Below, in pieces: positions 1-9,284 of a stretch of DNA of 64,000 bases (the stretch's first letter is position 1; each line of letters starts with the position of its first letter). The notes beneath the pieces were generated by a model. That model had not been told where the DNA came from. It worked only from the letters and a program-made list of their open reading frames with translations, and searched no databases. The position numbers and the translations under genes are program-made. Source of the stretch: Patescibacteria group bacterium (GTDB lineage: Bacteria > Patescibacteriota > Minisyncoccia > Phycocordibacterales > PALSA-1337); NCBI GenBank assembly GCA_018971685.1, contig JAGXAG010000005.1, forward strand, positions 1,842-65,841, in the 5' to 3' direction.

Positions 1-1
1 A

Positions 2-805
2 CTGAATCCTGGCATCGACTTTACCGGAGGTACACTCATCGATGTGGCGTATTCTTCGGGCAGGCCGGACCAATCTGCGGTTACACAGGCATTGAGCCCG
101 ATCGATCCGACGGCTTCGGTCCGTCCCAGCGGTGACAATGAATTTATCATTCGCATGAAAGCTTTGGACGAGAATCAACACGCGACAGTCAAAAAAGCGT
201 TGACTTTGAACGGATCAGCTCAGCCGATGGAAAAAACTTACGATTCGATCGGTCCGGTTCTTGGCGCGGAAGCCCTGCGCAAAGCATATGTCTCGATCGC
301 TTTGGTCATAATAGGAATCGTCCTTTACATCACTTTCGCTTTCAGGAAAGTTTCTGAGCCGGTCTCTTCCTGGAAATACGGCTTGGTGGCCATAGCCGCT
401 CTGGTGCACGATGTCATCATTCCGACCGGCGCGTTCTCCATTCTGGGCCATTTTGCCGGCTACGAAGTGGACACTTTGTTCGTCACGGCGCTTTTGGTCA
501 TTCTGGGCTTTTCGGTGCACGATACCATCGTAGTCTTTGACCGCGTGCGCGAGAATTTGAAATATTCCTCGGCCAAGAAGCCGTTCAGTGAAGTCGTCGG
601 CGCTAGTATCAGCCAGACTTTCACTCGCTCGATCAACACTTCGGCGACGACCCTGATCGCCCTGGTTGTTCTATACTTCGTCGGGGGCGTTTCGACCGAA
701 CATTTCTCTCTCGCCCTCATCATCGGCATCGCCGCCGGCACCTATTCCTCCATCTTCATCGGCTCGCCGCTCCTGGTTACGATTGAGAGGTGGCAAAAAA
801 AGTGA
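2..805 (+). CDS. secF: Protein translocase subunit SecF (SecD/SecF family), 5'-truncated by window edge
   Basis: The frame is open from base 2 (...LNPGIDFTGGTLID...). GIDFTGG and FSVHDTIVVFDRVREN motifs and C-terminal TM helices are typical of SecF. The listed ORF 44..805 only starts at an internal GTG. Confidence 0.8.
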   Translation: MNPGIDFTGGTLIDVAYSSGRPDQSAVTQALSPIDPTASVRPSGDNEFIIRMKALDENQHATVKKALTLNGSAQPMEKTYDSIGPVLGAEALRKAYVSIALVIIGIVLYITFAFRKVSEPVSSWKYGLVAIAALVHDVIIPTGAFSILGHFAGYEVDTLFVTALLVILGFSVHDTIVVFDRVRENLKYSSAKKPFSEVVGASISQTFTRSINTSATTLIALVVLYFVGGVSTEHFSLALIIGIAAGTYSSIFIGSPLLVTIERWQKK

Positions 806-833
806 TCTTCTTTTTTACAGAAAGGAGTCAGAT

Positions 834-989
834 ATGGCGAAGAAGAAACATAAAAAAATTTCGCGCACTACCAGTCGCAGGTTCACTCGAATATACCGAT
901 CGGAAATGGAAAAACTTGCGCCGGAGTTTGAAAAGATAAAAGCGGCAGAGACGATTACTGCGAAAGACATGGAGATCACAGTAACTTGA
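834..989 (+). CDS. Small basic hypothetical protein (51 aa, MAKKKHKKISRTTSRRF...)
   Basis: ATG at 834 with an AAAGGAG Shine-Dalgarno 5 nt upstream. The N-terminus is Lys/Arg-rich. A strong terminator follows. No family recognised. Confidence 0.35.
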   Translation: MAKKKHKKISRTTSRRFTRIYRSEMEKLAPEFEKIKAAETITAKDMEITVT

Positions 990-1002
990 TTACTTGATCT
1001 CA

Positions 1003-1037
1003 GACCGGCCACAACCATTGTGGCCGGTCGATTTTTA
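1003..1037 (+). terminator. Rho-independent terminator (12-bp perfect stem GACCGGCCACAA/TTGTGGCCGGTC, loop CCAT, then GATTTTT)
   Basis: Perfect inverted repeat plus T-run directly downstream of the secF/small-ORF unit. Confidence 0.7.
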
Positions 1038-1055
1038 TTTGCTATAATTGCGTTC

Positions 1056-1601
1056 ATGTCAAAAACGATCCAAGAGAAAAAGGCATCAGTAATTCCCGTC
1101 GAATCGATCGTGCGGCGCATTTACCTTATTCGCGGGCAGAAGGTGATGCTTGATGCGGATTTGGCGGAATTTTATGGAGTCACAACCAAATATTTAAACA
1201 GAGCAGTATTTAGAAATGTTGGACGATTTCCACAAGATTTTATGTTCCAATTGAGTCGAGAAGAATATCAATCTTTGAGGTGCCAATTTGGCACCTCAAA
1301 GATTGGTAGAGGCGGCAGGAGATATTATCCATTTGTCTTTACGGAACACGGCGTTATGATGTTATCTTCCGTCTTGAGAAGCGAACGGGCCATCCAGATG
1401 AATATATTCATAGTACGAGCTTTTATAAGGATCAGAGAATTATTAGTATCAAACAAAGAACTTGCTTACGAAGTGGACAAATTAAAACAGGAACAAAAGT
1501 TGCAAAACAGGCACATCAATGCCCTGTATTCAATTCTCGGAAAGCTGATCGAAGAACCGGTCAAGAAAAGGGAACCGATGGGATTCCGGCACAGCCCTTG
1601 A
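1056..1601 (+). CDS. ORF6N/KilA-N-like DNA-binding domain protein (phage antirepressor-type N-terminal domain)
   Basis: IRGQKVMLDADLAEFYGVTTKYLNRAVFRNVGRFPQDFMFQLSREE...YPFVFTEHGVMMLSSVLRSERAIQMNIFIVRAF matches the ORF6N domain pattern. TATAAT at 1043-1048 lies 7 nt upstream of the ATG at 1056, so the listed 1020 start is upstream of the -10 box. Confidence 0.7.
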   Translation: MSKTIQEKKASVIPVESIVRRIYLIRGQKVMLDADLAEFYGVTTKYLNRAVFRNVGRFPQDFMFQLSREEYQSLRCQFGTSKIGRGGRRYYPFVFTEHGVMMLSSVLRSERAIQMNIFIVRAFIRIRELLVSNKELAYEVDKLKQEQKLQNRHINALYSILGKLIEEPVKKREPMGFRHSP

Positions 1602-1640
1602 CTTTATTTTGGCCTCAAGTAGTATATAGAACACGCTACG
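1599..1640 (+). promoter_or_regulatory. Candidate 16S rRNA promoter (TTGACT ... TA-rich -10)
   Basis: TTGACT at 1599-1604 with a GTATATAG -10-like box ~18 nt downstream, about 150 nt upstream of the 16S 5' end. Confidence 0.3.
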
Positions 1641-1783
1641 GAGAGTAGCGCGGTACTTTGAAAATTAAAAGTAAGTAGAGAATGTAAATGTGCAAGTAAA
1701 CGAAAATATTCCAAATGAGCTGGAAGCGAATATTAAGTAGGCGCATGTAAAAGTGCTTTCTATTTTGTTCCGTTCGCTTATAG

Positions 1784-3722
<1,939 letters not shown>

Positions 3723-3911
3723 TCTTTGGAGCGGAAAAGGGAAACTTATGTCGATTCGTTCCAACCATTGGGATGAAGGTGATCGCTCTTTGACCGTAAA
3801 CAAGAGCGCTTAGTCTCCGAAGATAGGGGACATACATGGGCGTTTGCAATTGAAACGCTCATGGGTGAACGGAACAAAATAGAGAGCATAGTATCCACTA
3901 TTTAGTGGAGC

Positions 3912-3942
3912 GAAAATACCGCCTAACATGGCGGTATTTTTC
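3912..3942. terminator. Rho-independent terminator after the 16S trailer (stem ATACCGCC/GGCGGTAT, loop TAACAT, TTTTT)
   Basis: 8-bp perfect stem with an A-run upstream and a T-run downstream. Confidence 0.6.
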
Positions 3943-4292
3943 GTGTTTGACTTTCGATTGTATTAATGGTATCTTGTCACAAGATGAAAACTAGACTTGA
4001 GTTCGTCAAAGCACCGATGGTGGAGATAAGCCCGGTGCCAATCAGTATAAACTTCGAGCCACTTCGGAAAGGGGTCGAAAGACTAATTCCGTCGTGGCGG
4101 ACGATATTCTGGATTGCGGTCGCGGGGTTCGCCACACTGTGTGTGGCCATCTTCGCGGAGTGCTTGAAGAACGAGCATTTTCTGGAGTCAATCAAATACT
4201 GATCAGAGTAACCAATCTCAGATCTACAAGGCACCAAGAACCGCAGGGTGCCTTTGTTTTCTGTCATTATTTATCATATAGTAATGCTTACG

Positions 4293-4332
4293 GACGCGTG
4301 GCGGAATCGATACGCATGTACGCTTGATGAGC
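4293..4332 (+). repeat. Degenerate 5'-half copy of the downstream tRNA-Leu gene (pseudo-tRNA fragment)
   Basis: GACGCGTGGCGGAATCGATACGCATGTACGCTTGATGAGC aligns to positions 2-45 of the tRNA at 4367 (GGCGCGTGGCGGAACTGGTATACGCGTACGCTTCAGGAGC). No T-arm or 3' acceptor follows. Confidence 0.5.
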
Positions 4333-4366
4333 TTAATCAGAGTTCGTTATATATTCGAGAAATAAT

Positions 4367-4448
4367 GGGCGCGTGGCGGAACTGGTATACGCGTACGCTT
4401 CAGGAGCGTATGGAGCAATCCTTGGAGGTTCAAATCCTCTCGCGCCCA
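4367..4448 (+). tRNA. tRNA-Leu (anticodon CAG), type II with long variable arm
   Basis: Hand-folded: 7-bp acceptor GGGCGCG/CGCGCCC, 3-bp D-stem with GG in the loop, anticodon stem TACGC/GCGTA with loop TTCAGGA, 13-nt variable arm, T-arm GGAGG-TTCAAAT-CCTCT, discriminator A. CCA is not encoded. Confidence 0.7.
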
Positions 4449-4540
4449 CATCGGCATGGAGTAGCGGTTAACGAAGATTTTTGATAGTATCTTCTTTGTC
4501 GAAGAAGTGTCGATTTTGGTTCGGAAATATAATACGCAAT

Positions 4541-4613
4541 GCGCGCATAGCTCAGCTGGTAGAGCATTCGACTGATACTCGAAAGGTCCTAGGTTCGACC
4601 CCTAGTGCGCGCA
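4541..4613 (+). tRNA. tRNA-Ile (anticodon GAT)
   Basis: Hand-folded cloverleaf: acceptor GCGCGCA/TGCGCGC, D-arm GCTC-AGCTGGTA-GAGC, anticodon stem TTCGA/TCGAA with loop CTGATAC, T-arm CTAGG-TTCGACC-CCTAG. CCA is not encoded. Confidence 0.85.
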
Positions 4614-4721
4614 CAAATTCGCGAAAGGTTAGTAATCAACGGAAAGGTAAAGACAAAAAGAAAACTTGAAATACAAGACCCGGTCGGGCAATTTTCGCTA
4701 CTTTATTGTACAATATAGACC

Positions 4722-5669
4722 ATGAAAACAACCCCGAAAGACTTCTTCCTGCATTTGGGAGCGACTGTCGCTCTGTTTGTATCAGCGGGCGCATTACTCA
4801 ACCTGTACTTCAGCGTCATCAATTACTTCATGCCCGACCGTTTGACCGGTTACTTCTACGCCAGTTCGGTAGTGTGGCCTATATCGATGCTCATAGTGCT
4901 GGTGCCGGTATTGTATGTCCTGGAATGGAACATCGCCCGCGATATTTCCAAGACGCCGGACAAAAGGGAAGTTTGGATCAGAAAGTGGAGAATATACCTG
5001 ACACTGTTCTTGGCCGGAGCGCTGATCATAGGCGACCTAATCGCGCTCATCAATACTTACCTGAACGGGGAAATTTCCGCTCGGTTTATTTCCAAGATCA
5101 TAGCCGTCTTGCTGATCGCGGCGATAATTTTCGCATATTACATATTGGTGCGGTCGGCCGGGGCCAAGAAAACGGCGCAAAAAATTTTAGCGTGGCTGGG
5201 CATCCTGATCGTCATAGCCGGAATCGTGGGCGGTTTCATGGCTGTCGGTTCGCCGGAAAAACAAAGAAATCTGCGTTTCGACGATCAGAGAATTTCAGAC
5301 CTCGAAAATATTCAATGGCGAACGATCGCTTATTGGCAGCAAAAAGGGAAATTGCCGGACACACTCGCAAGCTTGAATGATGCAATAAGCGGGTTTACGG
5401 TACCGACCGATCCGGCCGATCATTCAAGCTATCAATACATCGCGAAAAGCGGCACCCAATTCGAGCTCTGCGCCACATTCGCTTTGCCGTCGCAGGATAC
5501 TAGCGTAATAAGTGTCCCGGGCGCCGGTCCGGTCGCCGTGCCGATGGCCTACTCGGCTGTTTCCGGCAACGACAACTGGGCGCATGAAGCCGGCAAAGCG
5601 TGTTTCGATAGGATGATAGATCCGCAAGCGTATCCGTCTTTTAAAAACCAATCATCAATAACAAAATGA
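4722..5669 (+). CDS. Hypothetical integral membrane protein (N-terminal multi-TM domain plus soluble C-terminal domain)
   Basis: 315-aa ORF with 4-5 hydrophobic helices in the first ~180 aa. TACAAT at 4709-4714 is 7 nt upstream of the ATG. No family recognised. Confidence 0.6.
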   Translation: MKTTPKDFFLHLGATVALFVSAGALLNLYFSVINYFMPDRLTGYFYASSVVWPISMLIVLVPVLYVLEWNIARDISKTPDKREVWIRKWRIYLTLFLAGALIIGDLIALINTYLNGEISARFISKIIAVLLIAAIIFAYYILVRSAGAKKTAQKILAWLGILIVIAGIVGGFMAVGSPEKQRNLRFDDQRISDLENIQWRTIAYWQQKGKLPDTLASLNDAISGFTVPTDPADHSSYQYIAKSGTQFELCATFALPSQDTSVISVPGAGPVAVPMAYSAVSGNDNWAHEAGKACFDRMIDPQAYPSFKNQSSITK

Positions 5670-7081
5670 ACCTGGGCAAAAAAACAAAGATTGTGTGCAC
5701 GATCGGTCCGGCGAGCGAATCGGCAGAGAAGATGGAGCAGTTGGCTGAAGCGGGCATGAATGTGGCGCGGCTCAACTTTTCGCACGGCGATTTCAACGAG
5801 CACCAGCGGCGCGTCGATAACATAAAGAAAGTGACCGTCAAGACCGGCAAGACGATCGCGATCTTGCAGGATCTGTGCGGGCCAAAGATCAGAATCGGCA
5901 CTTTCAAAGATGGTATGATAACGCTTCATGAAGGCCAGCAATTCACTTTAACCACCGAAGAAGTCGAAGGCACATCGGATAAAGTCCATGTCAATTACGC
6001 CGATCTGCCCAAGGAAGTCAAAAAGGGCGGCTTCATCATGCTCCAAGACGGCACCAAGAAACTCGAGGTCGTCAAAGTCGACGGCAACGACATAGTCACC
6101 AGGGTGGTGATCGGCGGCCGATTGTCCAACCACAAGGGCGTCAATGTGCCCGGCGCCAATCTTTCACTGAGCTCGCTTACCGACAAGGATAGGGCTGACA
6201 TCGAATTCGGGGTCAAAAATAAAGCCGATTTTGTGGCGCTTTCATTCGTGCGTAAAGCCGGCGACATACAAGAATTGCGTTCGATTTTGCGGCAAAAAGG
6301 ATCGAATTCGCACATTATCGCCAAGATTGAAACGCCCGAAGCGTTGGCGGACATTGATGGTATTATCGAAGCCGCCGACGGCGTGATGGTGGCCAGGGGC
6401 GATCTGGCGATCGAGATTCCGGCCGAAGAAGTGCCGCTGGTGCAAAAACTGATCATCCATAAATGCAATTCGGCCGGCAAGCCGGTCATTACGGCGACAC
6501 AAATGATGGAATCGATGGTCAAGAACCAGACGCCGACGCGCGCTGAAATTTCCGATGTGGCGAACGCGATCATCGACGGCACTGACGCGGTCATGCTTTC
6601 GGAAGAGACGGCGATCGGCGACTTTCCGGTGGAAGCAGTCGAAGTGATGACCAGGATCGCGCAGAGGATCGAAAGAGAAGTTTATACTCGCGACACGATC
6701 GCCGAATACGACGATGCGCACGGCGTCACGGATACGGTTTCGCAGGCGGCGGTGAGGACGGCGCATACTGTTGGCGCAAAATTGATCGTGGCGTTGACGC
6801 ATTCCGGGCGTACGGCCAGAATGATCGCGCGATATCGCCCGGCGGAGCACATTCTGGCCTTTACCGACGCGGCGGAAAACGCCGACAAGTTGATGCTTTC
6901 TTTCGGCTGTTATCCGATGACGGTACCGACGATGAAGACGGTTGACGAGATTATGGAAATTGTCCGCAAAACGGCCCTTGACCGTGAATTGGCCGGCGCC
7001 GGCGACAAAGTAGTTATCGCGGCAGGCATGCCGTTCGGGACTTCGGCGGAGACAAATATGGTGTTGGTTGAAACATTATGA
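5666..7081 (+). CDS. pyk: Pyruvate kinase
   Basis: KIVCTIGPAS...MNVARLNFSHGDF and MVARGDLAIE motifs; full length with the C-terminal domain. Confidence 0.93.
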   Translation: MNLGKKTKIVCTIGPASESAEKMEQLAEAGMNVARLNFSHGDFNEHQRRVDNIKKVTVKTGKTIAILQDLCGPKIRIGTFKDGMITLHEGQQFTLTTEEVEGTSDKVHVNYADLPKEVKKGGFIMLQDGTKKLEVVKVDGNDIVTRVVIGGRLSNHKGVNVPGANLSLSSLTDKDRADIEFGVKNKADFVALSFVRKAGDIQELRSILRQKGSNSHIIAKIETPEALADIDGIIEAADGVMVARGDLAIEIPAEEVPLVQKLIIHKCNSAGKPVITATQMMESMVKNQTPTRAEISDVANAIIDGTDAVMLSEETAIGDFPVEAVEVMTRIAQRIEREVYTRDTIAEYDDAHGVTDTVSQAAVRTAHTVGAKLIVALTHSGRTARMIARYRPAEHILAFTDAAENADKLMLSFGCYPMTVPTMKTVDEIMEIVRKTALDRELAGAGDKVVIAAGMPFGTSAETNMVLVETL

Positions 7082-7119
7082 GGTTGCATTTATAACGCGT
7101 GTCTGATAAGGTGTTCTGC

Positions 7120-7521
7120 ATGTTAGCAATACGACTTCAAAGAACCGGCAGGAAGCACGAACCGACTTTTCGCGTGGTCTTGACCGATTCAAAGAACGGC
7201 CCGAAGAGCGGAAAGTATTTGAAAAACTTGGGATGGTACGATACGCGGCTCAAGAACAAAGCCGAACAATTGAAGACCGATGAAATAAAACACTGGGTAT
7301 CCAAAGGCGCGAAGCTCTCGATCACTTTGCACAATTTTCTGGTAAATCAAAAAATCATCGATGGCAAGAAGTTAAATGCTCTGCCCAAAAAGACGCCGAT
7401 CAAGAAAGAGGTTCCGGCGGAACCGGTGTCGGCACCCGCCGCACCCGTGCCCGTGCCTGCTCCTGTTGAAAAAGCCGCTCACACTTCCGCGCCTGAACAA
7501 GAAACTCCCGCAGTCAAATAA
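7120..7521 (+). CDS. rpsP: 30S ribosomal protein S16 with a Pro/Ala-rich C-terminal extension
   Basis: MLAIRLQRTGRKHEPTFRVVLTDSKNGPKSGKYLKNLGWYD. AAGGTG lies 8 nt upstream of the ATG at 7120. The C-terminal ~50 aa (PAEPVSAPAAPVPVPAPV...) are an extension. Confidence 0.85.
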   Translation: MLAIRLQRTGRKHEPTFRVVLTDSKNGPKSGKYLKNLGWYDTRLKNKAEQLKTDEIKHWVSKGAKLSITLHNFLVNQKIIDGKKLNALPKKTPIKKEVPAEPVSAPAAPVPVPAPVEKAAHTSAPEQETPAVK

Positions 7522-7533
7522 CACTGCGTTCTC

Positions 7534-7695
7534 AATAAACTTCGGCACTTCCTTTTTGTGAGCCTCCGGGACTCATGTCGTTGAATTGCAAGGTTTTGTC
7601 GCTCTCCAATCCGCGTTCGCGACAAAACCTAGCAATTCGTACTCCATTCGAACAGGTCCTCGGCTCACAAAAAGGAAGTGCCGAAGTTTATTGCG
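7534..7695. repeat. Family-A hairpin element, intergenic copy: 32-bp perfect terminal inverted repeat around a ~98-bp structured core
   Basis: Arms are CAATAAACTTCGGCACTTCCTTTTTGTGAGCC (7534-7565) and the exact reverse complement (7664-7695). The core (GGGACTCATGTCGTTGAATTGCAAGGTTTTGTCGC...GCGACAAAACCTAGCAATTCG...AACAGGTCCTC) is homologous to the cores at 32361-32457 and 60565-60661. Confidence 0.65.
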
Positions 7696-7720
7696 ACTAT
7701 TTGAGATAGTGCAGACAAGT

Positions 7721-7749
7721 TGACGAAAAACTCAATACTGATAGAATGT
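7721..7749 (+). promoter_or_regulatory. Sigma70-like promoter TTGACG-N16-TAGAAT upstream of the KH-domain gene
   Basis: Near-consensus -35 and -10 hexamers with 16-nt spacing, 47 nt upstream of the ATG at 7796. Confidence 0.45.
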
Positions 7750-7795
7750 GCGCAGTACAGCGAACTGTACGATTACAAATTTATCGGAAAATACC

Positions 7796-8143
7796 ATGAA
7801 TCAGCACGCAGACCAGCAGTTCCTAGAGTTTATTATCAAAGCGTTAGTCGACAATCCCGATCAAGTGAAAGTTGCGCGTTCGGTCGATGAGATGGGTGTA
7901 CTCCTGACTCTCGAAGTTGCCGCCGCCGATATGGGCAAAATCATAGGCCGCCAGGGCAATACAGCCAAATCAATCCGCACCCTTCTGCGCGTTGTAGGCA
8001 TGAAAAATAATTCTCGCGTCAACCTAAAGATCAATGAACCCGAAGGCGGATTGAAGTCCCAGCCGCAATCACAAGGTCCGTCCGCCGCCGAGAAGGCCAC
8101 CAAATCAGTCGACGAAGCCATGGCCGATCTCAAGATCGATTAA
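7796..8143 (+). CDS. KH-domain RNA-binding protein (KhpA/UPF0109-like) with C-terminal extension
   Basis: FLEFIIKALVDNPDQVKVARSVDEMGVLLTLEVAAADMGKIIGRQGNTAKSIRTLLRVV. The listed ORF start 7748 lies inside the promoter, so the start is taken at the ATG at 7796. Confidence 0.75.
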   Translation: MNQHADQQFLEFIIKALVDNPDQVKVARSVDEMGVLLTLEVAAADMGKIIGRQGNTAKSIRTLLRVVGMKNNSRVNLKINEPEGGLKSQPQSQGPSAAEKATKSVDEAMADLKID

Positions 8144-8184
8144 CTGAATTTCGCCGTAATAACTGTCTGTTTACGAAAATGTGG

Positions 8185-8221
8185 CAAAAAACCGATCCGC
8201 TATCCAGCGGGTCGATTTTTT
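8185..8221. terminator. Bidirectional intrinsic terminator/attenuator (AAAAAA-CCGATCCGC-TATCCA-GCGGGTCG-ATTTTTT)
   Basis: 8-bp stem (one G·U pair) flanked by an A-run and a T-run, between the KH-domain gene and trmD. Confidence 0.5.
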
Positions 8222-8245
8222 GCCTGTTTGTGATAGATTTAATCT

Positions 8246-8965
8246 ATGATCCATTTCCACATCGTTGCGTTGTTTCCAGAAAGCTTCGAATCCTACCTGG
8301 ACGCGTCGATAATCAAACGCGCTCGAAAGAACAGCCATATTTCCATCAAGTATTACAACCCCAGAGATTTTGTCGTGCCAAAGAAGTCCAGCAAACAATT
8401 GACTTATGCCGATAGGCGGGTTGATGACCGGCCGTACGGCGGCGGGCCGGGCATGGTGATCGAAGCGTTGCCGGTGGCAAGAGCGATTGAGAAGGCGATC
8501 GAAGGAATTAAAAAAAGAAAAGCCAAAAACAAAAGATCGCAAATACGGCCGAAAATCAAAATCATATTTTTCAGCCCGGCCGGGGAACAGTTTACCAATA
8601 AAGCTGCCGATGCTTGGAAAAAGTATTCGGACATAATATTGGTCTGCGGCCGGTATGAGGGTATAGACGCGCGAGTCAATAAAATGTTCAAAATGGCCGA
8701 AGTTTCTGTCGGGCCGTACACTTTGACCGGTGGGGAATTGCCGGCGATGATTGTGATTGATGCTGTGGCCAGGAGAATAGAAGGGGTGCTCGGTGACGAT
8801 ATGTCCGTAGAAGAAAGGAGAGTAGCTGGCCATGAAGTTTACACGCGGCCCGAAGAGGTCAAATTCAAAGGGAAAAGATATCGGGTGCCGAAGATCTTGA
8901 TTAGCGGACACCACGCCAAGATCAACGATTGGAAAATGAAGTTTACTGAAATCAGACACCGATAA
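8246..8965 (+). CDS. trmD: tRNA (guanine37-N1)-methyltransferase TrmD, with a Lys-rich insert
   Basis: MIHFHIVALFPESFESYLDASIIKRARKN..., LVCGRYEGIDARV and SVGPYTLTGGELPAMIVIDAVAR motifs. Insert KAIEGIKKRKAKNKRSQIRPK. Confidence 0.9.
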   Translation: MIHFHIVALFPESFESYLDASIIKRARKNSHISIKYYNPRDFVVPKKSSKQLTYADRRVDDRPYGGGPGMVIEALPVARAIEKAIEGIKKRKAKNKRSQIRPKIKIIFFSPAGEQFTNKAADAWKKYSDIILVCGRYEGIDARVNKMFKMAEVSVGPYTLTGGELPAMIVIDAVARRIEGVLGDDMSVEERRVAGHEVYTRPEEVKFKGKRYRVPKILISGHHAKINDWKMKFTEIRHR

Positions 8966-9160
8966 AAACCCCACTTGTCGATGTCGGGTTGCATAAAATA
9001 AGAAATAGTTATCCATATGTGTCAATATTGACAGGGATAATGTGTATGCTATGGTACCAATCAACTTCGCCGATTGAGTTCTGGCACGGCGCGGAGGATT
9101 AGAGAGGCATAAAATTAATCCTACCCAGTGATTCTCAATCACTAATTTATGCAGCCAAAT

Positions 9161-9186
9161 AACCGTTCAAAAAACGGCGTTTTTTA
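9161..9186 (+). terminator. Weak terminator-like hairpin CCGTT-CAAAAA-AACGG followed by CGTTTTTT
   Basis: 5-bp stem plus T-run at the end of the trmD unit, just before the AT-rich rpoB leader. Confidence 0.3.
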
Positions 9187-9198
9187 ATGTTTAAATAG

Positions 9199-9262
9199 TA
9201 AATTATAAACAAATTGTAATTTATAATATTTAAAATTTACTTATTATTGTTTGTTTATAATT
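9199..9262. promoter_or_regulatory. AT-rich inverted repeat AAATTATAAACAA ... TTGTTTATAATTT upstream of rpoB
   Basis: Arms at 9200-9212 and 9249-9261. The same pair of arm sequences recurs at 62508-62548 upstream of obg. Confidence 0.4.
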
Positions 9263-9284
9263 TTAAATTTACATTACAACCAAA

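Noticed and set aside
3723-3911. Possibility of a second intron at the 16S 3' end (no canonical GGATCACCTCCTT found).
   Set aside because: A helix-45-like GGAA tetraloop hairpin and a CTCCTCC anti-SD-like tract are present ~25 nt later. This is more simply a divergent 3' end plus a structured trailer. It cannot be resolved without RNA data.
4248-4484. 78-aa ORF on the plus strand.
   Set aside because: It spans the pseudo-tRNA fragment and the intact tRNA-Leu gene, so it is a spurious ORF over RNA genes.
5995-6594. 199-aa and 202-aa minus-strand ORFs (also 6242-6850) inside pyk.
   Set aside because: They are antisense to a clearly conserved pyruvate kinase, with Ser/Arg-rich composition typical of antisense GC-rich frames.
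8171-9142. 323-aa minus-strand ORF.
   Set aside because: It lies fully antisense to trmD, which has unambiguous family motifs, and has no motifs of its own. It is a GC-driven antisense ORF.
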